A stretch of 64,000 bases of DNA, from the NCBI GenBank assembly GCA_050012595.1, contig JBEKGW010000028.1:5387-69386 (forward strand), given 5' to 3'. This stretch comes from Terriglobales bacterium. GTDB lineage: Bacteria; Acidobacteriota; Terriglobia; Terriglobales; Acidobacteriaceae. The position numbers and the translations under genes are program-made. Numbering within the stretch: the first letter of the stretch is position 1; each line of letters begins with the position of its first letter. Positions 45,396-55,716 of the stretch are shown piece by piece. Below the pieces are notes generated by a model, which worked only from the letters and a program-made list of their open reading frames with translations, made no database searches and was not told the DNA's origin.

Positions 45396-46688
45396 GTGAA
45401 GTCCAGTCTCTCATCGCCCCGAAGTAAGCCACGCAAGACGCCACAAACGACGGCACGAAACACAGTGCCCGAGTCCGTTCCCCTCGCTGTTCCTCTCTTG
45501 GACTTGCGCCGCCAGTACGATGGCATCCGCGAAGAAGTGCTGGCCGCGATCGCGCGCGTGTGCGATTCGCAAAGCTTCATTCTCGGTCCGGAGGTCGAGG
45601 CGCTCGAGCGTGAGATTGCCGCGCTGACGGGAGCTGCTTGCGCCGTCGGCTGCGCGTCAGGAACGGAGGCCCTCTGGCTGGCGCTCGTCGCCGCCGGCGT
45701 AAAGCCCGGGGACTCAGTCATGACCACAGCATTCAGCTTCTTTGCCTCGGCTAGTGCAATTGTGCGGGCGGGCGCAATGCCGGTTTTCGTCGACGTCGAT
45801 CCCGGCACCCTGAATCTCGATGCGGCGCTCGTTCTTCGGGAAATGAAGGATCGTCAACTGCGTGATCGGCAACTCAGCACCAAACCGCCCGAGAATCTTC
45901 GCGCGATTCTTCCCGTCCACCTTTACGGGCAGTGTGCCGATATGGACGCGTTCGACCGCATAGTTACGGAATATGCTGCGGAATATGCTCAGGAATTCAG
46001 CGTTGCAATTGTCGAAGACGCCGCCCAGGCGATTGGCGCCGAGTGGAGCGGGCGCGGCGCGGGCTCGCTTGGTATAACCGCCGCCTTCAGTTTCTATCCC
46101 ACCAAGAACCTGAGCGCCTACGGAGACGCGGGCATCGTCACCACTTCCCGTCCGGAGATGGCCGAGCACATGCGGCAACTCCGCAACCACGGCAGTCCCC
46201 GGCGCTACTACCATAACGAATTTGGCTGGAACGGACGCATGGACGCCATTCAGGCAGCGGTGCTGCGCGTGAAGCTGGCACACATCGCGGACTGGAACCA
46301 GAGCCGGCGGCAGCACGCCGCGACCTACGACCATCTGTTTGCCAACGCCGGGCTGACTTCCAGCCAGACTTCTAACCAACTCAGCGCACCGGTGCGCTTG
46401 CTGGCACGAAGCCCGCAAGCCAAACATGTGTTTCATCAATATGTGATTCGCGCCCAGCGTCGAGACGATCTGCGCAAATTCCTAGCAGATCGAAAAATTG
46501 GATCGGAAATCTACTACCCACTGCCGCTGCACTTGCAGCCGGTCTTCTCCTACCTCGGGCTGAAGGCAGGCGACCTGCCGGTCTCCGAACAAGCCGCCCG
46601 GGAAGTGCTGGCCTTGCCGATGTTCCCGGAGTTGGCCGAGACCGAAATCCGGCGGGTGGTCGAGAGTATTGCGGAGTTTTACTCCTAA
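45396..46688 (+). CDS. DegT/DnrJ/EryC1/StrS-family sugar aminotransferase
   Basis: VPLLDLRRQYDGIREEVLAAIARVCDSQSFILGPEV and ..FSFYPTKNLSAYGDAG.. (PLP-Lys region). Confidence 0.9.
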   Translation: MKSSLSSPRSKPRKTPQTTARNTVPESVPLAVPLLDLRRQYDGIREEVLAAIARVCDSQSFILGPEVEALEREIAALTGAACAVGCASGTEALWLALVAAGVKPGDSVMTTAFSFFASASAIVRAGAMPVFVDVDPGTLNLDAALVLREMKDRQLRDRQLSTKPPENLRAILPVHLYGQCADMDAFDRIVTEYAAEYAQEFSVAIVEDAAQAIGAEWSGRGAGSLGITAAFSFYPTKNLSAYGDAGIVTTSRPEMAEHMRQLRNHGSPRRYYHNEFGWNGRMDAIQAAVLRVKLAHIADWNQSRRQHAATYDHLFANAGLTSSQTSNQLSAPVRLLARSPQAKHVFHQYVIRAQRRDDLRKFLADRKIGSEIYYPLPLHLQPVFSYLGLKAGDLPVSEQAAREVLALPMFPELAETEIRRVVESIAEFYS

Positions 46689-46745
46689 AAAGGCGCTTCA
46701 CCGCCGAGACTCCGAGTTCGCCGAGAAAACCTACGTAGAAGAATT

Positions 46746-46773
46746 GTCATCCTGAGCGAAGCGAAGGACCTGC
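46746..46773 (+). repeat. Short dispersed repeat, copy 1 (core CTGAGCGAAGCGAAGGACC)
   Basis: gtcatcctgagcgaagcgaaggacctgc, in the intergenic region after the aminotransferase gene. Confidence 0.6.
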
Positions 46774-46819
46774 TTCATCTCTGCGCGCTTTGTGTTCTCC
46801 GCTGCTAAAAGGTTCCGGT

Positions 46820-47941
46820 TTACGGCTTGCCCTTAGCTTTCCTACTCACAGCTTTCTTGCTCACGGCTTTCCTGCTCACAGTCCGCACCGGCTCTTCTCC
46901 CGGCCCATACACTCGACGCACAATCGGCGTGTTGAGCTTGTATTTCCGCTCGGTAACGTTGCCTTTGTCGTCCTTCACGCGAATGATGAACACCGGCAAC
47001 AGGCCTTCCTTGTCGAAGTTTTCCCGTGAAACGGTCACGGGCAGGACGCCTTCCATACGCTCGCGATAGGCCGTCTCATAGCGATGGCGCTTCACGTTCC
47101 AGGTGAAGACGCGAATCTGGTTGAAGTCAAACGGCAGGCCGTCCTTGGGTTCGGTCAGGACGGTCAAGTACTGCACGACTTTCTTGTCTCGATCCTGCAC
47201 CTGATTCAGCGCGAAGAATGCAACCACACGCTGGCCCTCCGCGTATTGCGCGACGTCGAGCGGGAGGTCGAGATCAATCATGCGTCCCAGCACCCAGCCG
47301 ACACGGTCGTGGGAGTCGCGCACCAGCCACCAATCTTCGATTACGGGAACAGGGATCACCGGCACGGGCTGTTTCTTATCGTTTTTCTCCGAATCGTTTT
47401 TCTGCAAATCGCTGTTCTGCGAATTGCTGCCCGGCGTAGCAGAGCGCGACGGCGGCGCAACCGCTCCCGGCTTCTCCGCCGTGCCTCGCTTCAACAGCGA
47501 TAGCTTCTCGCCGGTAGAAATCTGATAGAGATGTTCGGTATCACGCCCCGGCTCGACGTGCAGATTCGTGTCGTTGCGCGCCGCGCCCTGCGCCTGCACG
47601 GGATCGTTCTGGTTGTCCGCGGTCAGCTTCTGGATCTGGTCGAAGACTTCCTGACTGACGAGGTACCGTTGCTCCACCCATCCCGTCACGCCCGCTGCGG
47701 TGCGCACTTTGACGAAGCGGCGGTCGTGATCGAGCACTTCCACGCGCTCGCCGTTCTTCACCACTCCGGTTTTCTCATACACCGCCGCCACGTGGTCGCG
47801 CAGGATGGCCTGAACGCCGGAAACGTAAGCGATCTCGAGCACGCGTCCGCGGCCGCGATTGCAGGCTGACAACGACAGGAGAAAGAAAAGGGGAAGGCAC
47901 GCCAAAATGCACAAGAAGAATTGATGGAGGATTCGTTTCAC
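46820..47941 (-). CDS. Lipoprotein with SH3-like domain and low-complexity linker
   Basis: Lipobox LSLSAC. ..GERVEVLDHDRRFVKVRTAAGVTGWVEQRYL.. is bacterial SH3-like. Internal nucleotide repeats encode NSQNSDLQKNDSEKNDKK, PVPVIPVPVI and a KAVSKKAVSRKA tail. Confidence 0.75.
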   Translation of the reverse strand: MKRILHQFFLCILACLPLFFLLSLSACNRGRGRVLEIAYVSGVQAILRDHVAAVYEKTGVVKNGERVEVLDHDRRFVKVRTAAGVTGWVEQRYLVSQEVFDQIQKLTADNQNDPVQAQGAARNDTNLHVEPGRDTEHLYQISTGEKLSLLKRGTAEKPGAVAPPSRSATPGSNSQNSDLQKNDSEKNDKKQPVPVIPVPVIEDWWLVRDSHDRVGWVLGRMIDLDLPLDVAQYAEGQRVVAFFALNQVQDRDKKVVQYLTVLTEPKDGLPFDFNQIRVFTWNVKRHRYETAYRERMEGVLPVTVSRENFDKEGLLPVFIIRVKDDKGNVTERKYKLNTPIVRRVYGPGEEPVRTVSRKAVSKKAVSRKAKGKP

Positions 47942-48092
47942 GGGAGCTCGCTATCCAATATAACGCGAGCCTCTGCCGGATGGCGCGGATTCCTCGGCTT
48001 CCGGGAGGTCCCGAGCTTTACGCGGCGGTGGAATCCGCTTCTCGAAAAGCGCGAGAAGTGGGGCACACCCGGCCGCCAACGAAACCAACCTC

Positions 48093-48830
48093 CTACGGCC
48101 CCAAGTCTATCGAGACTGTGACTGAATTTGTCGTCCCGTACGTCACTGTAAATGTGTAGGTTGTATCCGTCGGGGTAGTACCGGAAACAACCGTGCAAGA
48201 CGCGGGAGTGGAGGTGTTAGTACACGTAATCGATCCGGCCGTCGTGGCGGGCGAAATGGCTCCAAAAGTGGACGTGGTTGTAAGATCTACTGGTGAGCCG
48301 TTGACCGTAGCCTGCACGTAATAGTCCTGTGTTCCCCCTTTCGCACTGCTTGGCGACCAGGGACTGGTGGTGCACGATTGGCCCGCCATAAACGTGCCCA
48401 GGCACACTTCAAAACCGGAGATGTTGCCATAATACGTGGTGGCGCTCGCGGTCGCGCTGAGACCCTGCGCCGCAGCTCCTATTGTAACTGTGCCGCTGGT
48501 AAGCCCTTCTACCGTAGCGTTGCCGCTCGTCTCTGACGCGCAAGTTGGGATGCCCTCGCCGCAGTTGTCGGTGAACACTGCCACGGTAGCGTCACTGCTC
48601 GTCCATACTACCCCGCTTGTGATCTGCGCTCTCGAGTTGTCGCTGTAGGTGCCCCAAGCTTGTATCGTCTGAGTCGTCGTTGAACCAACTTCGATCTGCG
48701 GGCTCGGAGGCTGGATCGCAATTGAATTGAGAGTATTAGATTGAAAGAATCCCTGGCAGCTGACCCCGAATGCCAGCGCAACCAGAACCGTAAAAGCCAG
48801 CGTCAACGCCAGTTTGCGCCCAGTCAACAT
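48093..48830 (-). CDS. Secreted/lipoprotein with bacterial Ig-like (Big_2-type) domain
   Basis: Signal peptide. ..IAIQPPSPQIEVGSTTTQTIQAWGTYSDNSRAQITSGVVWTSSDATVAVF.. matches the Big_2 pattern. Confidence 0.75.
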   Translation of the reverse strand: MLTGRKLALTLAFTVLVALAFGVSCQGFFQSNTLNSIAIQPPSPQIEVGSTTTQTIQAWGTYSDNSRAQITSGVVWTSSDATVAVFTDNCGEGIPTCASETSGNATVEGLTSGTVTIGAAAQGLSATASATTYYGNISGFEVCLGTFMAGQSCTTSPWSPSSAKGGTQDYYVQATVNGSPVDLTTTSTFGAISPATTAGSITCTNTSTPASCTVVSGTTPTDTTYTFTVTYGTTNSVTVSIDLGP

Positions 48831-49031
48831 AAATGATCGCCTCAGATAGCGTGATTTTAGCAGAACGTCCGGCCTCGCCCGATGCCCGATAGTGCATGGC
48901 TTGGGTCGTACCTTCGCCCGTCCTGCTCAGCGCGTGCTCGGAGCGCTCTCCAGTAAAAGAACGGCGCGCAATCCTCAACTTGCAGTGTTTTCCAGCTGGC
49001 TGCGGATTCCGGGGGCTGCAAACAAGTGCAT

Positions 49032-49057
49032 GGGTCCTTCGCTTCGCTCAGCATGGC
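49032..49057 (-). repeat. Short dispersed repeat, copy 2 (inverted orientation)
   Basis: The reverse complement gccatgctgagcgaagcgaaggaccc shares a 19-nt identical core with copy 1. Confidence 0.6.
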
Positions 49058-49096
49058 AGCATTGCAAGGAGATCAACTGGAGCCGACAGCTCTTTC

Positions 49097-49537
49097 CTAT
49101 TTCGGCCGCTTCTTTCCCGCGTTCGCGATCCGCTCGTCGATTGGCTTGCGTGCGGCGAAGCCGTCGTTTGTCCCGTGCCAATGCGCGATCGCGGGCTCGC
49201 CCAGTTTCCAGCACAACAGGAGGATCTCGCCCTCCACCTTGCAGGGGAAATCGAGCAATCCGATGTCGAGATCTTTCACCTGCACGCCGGTCGCGTCAAT
49301 TTCGGCGAGGGCATCCTTGATGCGCCGAATCGCCTTCTCGCGCTCCGCCTTGCGCCGCGCCAGATGGACCACATTCAGCATCATGCCGCCGTTAAGAAAT
49401 ACCCGGTGCGCCGTCTCCTGCAACTCGGCGTCCACCTCTTCAATCAGCTTCTTGCCGTGGATTGCCTGCCGGAGCAGCGATTCCAGAATCGGCAGGAGCA
49501 TCTGCGCTTCATCGAGGGTAAAGGTGCGTTCGGACAT
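49097..49537 (-). CDS. DUF2203-family protein
   Basis: MSERTFTLDEAQMLLPILESLLRQA... and the overall length fit DUF2203. Tentative. Confidence 0.7.
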   Translation of the reverse strand: MSERTFTLDEAQMLLPILESLLRQAIHGKKLIEEVDAELQETAHRVFLNGGMMLNVVHLARRKAEREKAIRRIKDALAEIDATGVQVKDLDIGLLDFPCKVEGEILLLCWKLGEPAIAHWHGTNDGFAARKPIDERIANAGKKRPK

Positions 49538-49548
49538 GTAGGTTTATT

Positions 49549-50814
49549 CTACAGCCTGGGCGAAGGTTTCAAAGTTTCAAGGTCATGGGCGGCCGCCTTC
49601 GGAAAAACGAACAAACTCTCGGGGCAAGTTCGGCGAGCCTCCACCGCCAGGGACCGGAGACCGAGGGCCATTACGCCCACGACAACGAGCATGTTCCGAA
49701 GGTCGTCCAGGCTAGTTGGGCTGACGCCGAACAGATCGATAACGATTAGAAACAGCACCGAGGCGGCCAATGCTATGCCGGCCTTCGACCGGGATGCCAC
49801 CGAGCGCACAACGATCAGCGCCATCGGCAACGCGATCGGTTGCACATCATATTGCATAATGCGCGGATTCAGCAGGATCGTTCCGACTAGCAGCACCGGA
49901 ATCCAGCTCTCGGCGGAGATACGGCGCTCGTGGTAGAGATTACTGAAGTAGCAGAGTACTGCGAACAGAGAGCCACCATAGATCAAGAACGCCACCGTGG
50001 ACGGCGTCGAATAGGGCAATCCGTGACGGTACAGGACGCGGCCGAGAACTCCCGCGGGGCTTGATCCGAAGTCACTGTTGAACTGGAACTGCAGGCCGAC
50101 GCTCGTCAGGTACTCGCGAAACTGGGCCGGCCAGAACCAGCTTTGCACGGCGAACAGGCTGAGGCCAGCGGTTCCCACGCCCGCCGCCTTGAGCCACTGC
50201 CGCTCTCCCGCGAGTAGCGGGATAGCCAGCAGCGTCAGCAAAGGAAGCTTGAAGCAGGCGGCTAGAAGTACCGCCAGGTAGAACCAGCGCCAAATGCCCC
50301 GCTTCCAGCCAAGTACAGCTCCGGCGAAAATTAATCCATAGAAAATGCAGGCTATATTTCCGCTCAGGATAACGTCGCCCGTCATGAGCCCCGGGAAAAA
50401 AATCGCCAGGGGCACGGCGTACTGCATTACGGCGCGGTCTTGTGAGCGGAAGCATTGTGTTCCGGCCCACACCTGGCCGACGAAACCCGCGCCATAGATC
50501 GTCCAATACAGGACTGCGGCGAGCCATACTGGCAGGAGATTGAACGCACGTAACGCCAGCAGCGTCAGCGGCGGGTAGACGTAGGCGAAGGCGTGCTGCC
50601 CGGCGGCTTGCGCCGCATACTGCCGCGCCAATCCCGCTGCATAGGGATCCAAGCCAGCACGCAGGGTTTGCATCGCCCAGTAGTAGATGTCTACATCCCA
50701 GCCTCTGCCCGGGGTGTAAAGGATCATTCCGCCGAGCGAGATGAACGACGCCAACCAGACGAAACGGAGAACGGTACGCTGATACGAGCTGGGTTGCGAA
50801 CTAGGTTGTGACAA
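49549..50814 (-). CDS. Polytopic glycosyltransferase family 87 / DUF2029-like membrane protein
   Basis: 421 aa with many TM segments. The N-terminal loop WDVDIYYWAMQTLRAGLDPY is like the DUF2029 signature. Confidence 0.7.
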   Translation of the reverse strand: MSQPSSQPSSYQRTVLRFVWLASFISLGGMILYTPGRGWDVDIYYWAMQTLRAGLDPYAAGLARQYAAQAAGQHAFAYVYPPLTLLALRAFNLLPVWLAAVLYWTIYGAGFVGQVWAGTQCFRSQDRAVMQYAVPLAIFFPGLMTGDVILSGNIACIFYGLIFAGAVLGWKRGIWRWFYLAVLLAACFKLPLLTLLAIPLLAGERQWLKAAGVGTAGLSLFAVQSWFWPAQFREYLTSVGLQFQFNSDFGSSPAGVLGRVLYRHGLPYSTPSTVAFLIYGGSLFAVLCYFSNLYHERRISAESWIPVLLVGTILLNPRIMQYDVQPIALPMALIVVRSVASRSKAGIALAASVLFLIVIDLFGVSPTSLDDLRNMLVVVGVMALGLRSLAVEARRTCPESLFVFPKAAAHDLETLKPSPRL

Positions 50815-50914
50815 GAAGCCTCGTCCCCTTTTCCAGCCTACGATCTTCCAACCTACGATCTTCCAGCCAACTGTGCGGCGGGTCTCCAGCTTGCGCAGTT
50901 CCGATGTGCAGTTC

Positions 50915-52189
50915 TTATACGACGATCTCTGCTCCGCTTCCGTCAGGAAGCGTCTCTATCTGGTCCGGAAGTGCGTTCTCCAGGAGCTTGGCGGACTGAA
51001 AGCCACCGCGCGTGAACGGCGATGAGTTGTAGGGATGGCGCCGCTGCCAAGTCAAGATCTGATTGACGGCGTAGTTCCAGACTGAACTGACCGCTGTCCC
51101 GGCCAACCCTGCTATATACCAGGGCATGTGCAGCTGCAATAGCGAGCGAGCGCAACTCACGTTTGCCAGCACACCAAAGGAGCAGGCAATCCAGAACGTG
51201 AGCAGTCCGGCCCACATGCGGAAACCGCGCAAACGCCGGTCGTAGTAGGTGATCAGGTTGTTAAGAAAGAAATTTATCGTCATCGCCGCAAACGTGGCCA
51301 GAATCTGCGCGGCACTGAAGCTGAGGTGCTGTACCCGGAACAGAAATGCCAGGCAAGAAAGATGTACCGCCAGCCCGGTAGCGCCGACCAAACCGAAAGC
51401 GGCAAATCGGGGCGGCACGAGCCCACCCAGGAGCTTGTTGACGATCAGGAAGAGGCATTCGACGGCGGCATTTGCGTCGAGTTTGCTTTCGCCCCATGTC
51501 CGGTTGCGGAAATGGTAGCCAACCTCTCCGAGGCGAACGGGACGGTCGCTGGAGGCGAGCATATCCACGAGGATCTTGAAGCCGCCGTCCTGCAATCGTT
51601 GGACAACCCCATGAAAGTACGTGCGCCTGACCACGAAAAATCCGCTCATGGGATCACTCACCTGGCAGCGGCACACGAACTGGCTGAGTTTCTTCCCCAG
51701 GCGGCTCAACCATACCCGCTCACGAGCAAGGTCCCCCATGCAGCCGCCTTCGCTATTGCGGGTGGCCACAACCACGTCCAGCTTCTCCGCACGCAACCGG
51801 CCGACCATCTCTGGAAGAATGCTCTCATCGTGCTGCAGATCGGCATCCATAATTGCGATGCATTCGGCGGGCGTTGCGAGCACGCCTTCTATGCATGCCG
51901 AAGAGAGTCCTCGACGTCCAATGCGGTGCAGCAATCGAATGCGACGGTCCCTCGCGGCATACTCGCGAATCAAGTCCGCCGTGCCATCCGGCGAGTCGTC
52001 GTCAACAAAGATTAGCTCCCATTCGAACCCACATAGCACCCGCTGCAGCCGCGCGATCAGTTCCGCTACGTTCCCTCGCTCGTTGTAAGTGGGGACAACG
52101 ACGGCAAGATCGATCAGGTCATCGGGGCGCTCCTGTACCGGTGACACCGCTGACTCAACACCAGTTGTGTGTTCAACGGAGTCAATCAT
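50915..52189 (-). CDS. GT2 polyprenyl-phosphate glycosyltransferase fused to a GtrA-like membrane domain
   Basis: VVVPTYNERGNVAELI...FVDDDSPDGTADLIREYA...MDADLQHDE (GT2 DxD) plus four C-terminal TM helices. Confidence 0.9.
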   Translation of the reverse strand: MIDSVEHTTGVESAVSPVQERPDDLIDLAVVVPTYNERGNVAELIARLQRVLCGFEWELIFVDDDSPDGTADLIREYAARDRRIRLLHRIGRRGLSSACIEGVLATPAECIAIMDADLQHDESILPEMVGRLRAEKLDVVVATRNSEGGCMGDLARERVWLSRLGKKLSQFVCRCQVSDPMSGFFVVRRTYFHGVVQRLQDGGFKILVDMLASSDRPVRLGEVGYHFRNRTWGESKLDANAAVECLFLIVNKLLGGLVPPRFAAFGLVGATGLAVHLSCLAFLFRVQHLSFSAAQILATFAAMTINFFLNNLITYYDRRLRGFRMWAGLLTFWIACSFGVLANVSCARSLLQLHMPWYIAGLAGTAVSSVWNYAVNQILTWQRRHPYNSSPFTRGGFQSAKLLENALPDQIETLPDGSGAEIVV

Positions 52190-52310
52190 TGTTTCGTCAA
52201 GTGTAAAACGCCTAAACCCTTCAAAAACCGCAGTCAGTTAGGTGCGTAAAGTTATGTGTTGTCATTTTAGCCCGGCAGCGGCGGATTGCCCATGCTATTT
52301 TCGTGGACGC

Positions 52311-53534
52311 ATGGACCCATCGCCCCCGCCACGTTCCCAATCCACTCCCCGAAACATATACGCTTTCGGCCTGACTTCGTTCCTCAACGACACCGCCAGC
52401 GAAATGGCGTACTGGGTGCTGCCCGCCTTTCTCGCATCGCTCGGCGCCGGACCAGCGCAACTTGGCATCATCGAAGGCATCGCCGAAAGTACGGCTTCCT
52501 TTGCCAAGCTTTTCTCGGGTTACCTGGCCGACAAGGTTTCGCACCGCAAGCCCATCGTGGTCGGCGGATACTTCGTGGCCAATGCGGTGAAGCCGCTGCT
52601 GGCGCTGGTCACTTCGTGGTGGCAAATTCTGGGAATTCGTTTTACCGATCGTTTTGCCAAAGGCATCCGTGGAACTGCTCGCGACGTGATGGTTGCCGAG
52701 TCGGTCGACGAGTCAAACCTCGGCTCCGCCTACGGCCTGATTCAAGCCATGGATTCCGCAGGAGCCATCGCCGGCCCGCTGCTGGCACTGGCTATTATTG
52801 GACGCTTCGGCATGCGCGGCGTGTTCGCGTCGGCTGCGATCCCGGGAGTTCTGTGCGTAATCGTCGCCTGGCTCGGAATTCGCGAGGTTCATAAGCAAGT
52901 GGAGCGACGGGCGCCCTCGCGAGCCTGCCCTGAGCGAAGTCGAAGGGTCCCAATCCTGTCCGTGAAATCCGAGTGGCTGTCAAAATTGCCGCGCGGCTTC
53001 TACTACGTCCTAGCCGTAGTCACCCTGTTTTCGCTGGGAAATTCCAGCGACATGTTCCTCGTCCTGCGCGCCGGAAATATCGGCATCCCGGCCTCGCGCG
53101 CGCCCCTGCTGGGACTGGTCTTCAACATCATGTTCACATTGTTTTCCTGGCCGGCGGGCAAGTTCAGCGACCGCTTCTCCCGCTCGGCCATCGCCGCCGG
53201 CGGATATTTCGTTTTCGCCATCGTCTATTTTGTCTTCGCACTCGCGCCGTCTCTGCTGGCGATCTGGCTTGCCATGGCCCTTTACGGACTCTTCTACGCG
53301 CTGACCAATGCCGTGCTCAAGGCGCTGGTCGTCGAAAGCGTGGCTGGCGATGTCCGTGGCCGCGCCCTTGGAATTTATTCGTTTCTCACCAGCGTGACCA
53401 CGCTGCTCTCCAGTGTCATCACCGGAACTCTTTGGAAAGTCTATGGCCCCGCGGTCCCATTTTATTTTTCGGCGGGGATCGCTGCCGTCTCAGCATTCGC
53501 CCTGCTCGCCCACCATTCGCCCGCGCGAGACTGA
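52311..53534 (+). CDS. MFS transporter
   Basis: 12 TM in a 6+6 arrangement. The start was moved to ATG 52311 (MDPSPPP...). Confidence 0.85.
   Translation: MDPSPPPRSQSTPRNIYAFGLTSFLNDTASEMAYWVLPAFLASLGAGPAQLGIIEGIAESTASFAKLFSGYLADKVSHRKPIVVGGYFVANAVKPLLALVTSWWQILGIRFTDRFAKGIRGTARDVMVAESVDESNLGSAYGLIQAMDSAGAIAGPLLALAIIGRFGMRGVFASAAIPGVLCVIVAWLGIREVHKQVERRAPSRACPERSRRVPILSVKSEWLSKLPRGFYYVLAVVTLFSLGNSSDMFLVLRAGNIGIPASRAPLLGLVFNIMFTLFSWPAGKFSDRFSRSAIAAGGYFVFAIVYFVFALAPSLLAIWLAMALYGLFYALTNAVLKALVVESVAGDVRGRALGIYSFLTSVTTLLSSVITGTLWKVYGPAVPFYFSAGIAAVSAFALLAHHSPARD
52928..52950 (+). repeat. Short dispersed repeat, copy 3, embedded in frame in the MFS central loop
   Basis: ccctgagcgaagtcgaagggtcc, translated as ..SRACPERSRRVPIL.. 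between TM6 and TM7. Confidence 0.5.
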
Positions 53535-53561
53535 TCGGTAGAGACGCGGCAAGCCCCGTCT

Positions 53562-55612
<2,051 letters not shown>

Positions 55613-55716
55613 TCAAGCAAATGCAGTGCGGTGGGTCAGTTTCCGGGTTGCCGACTAACCGTCCGGAATCGGTACGCATCTTCTGCAATGCGTACGGGCT
55701 ATAATTGCGCGCATCG

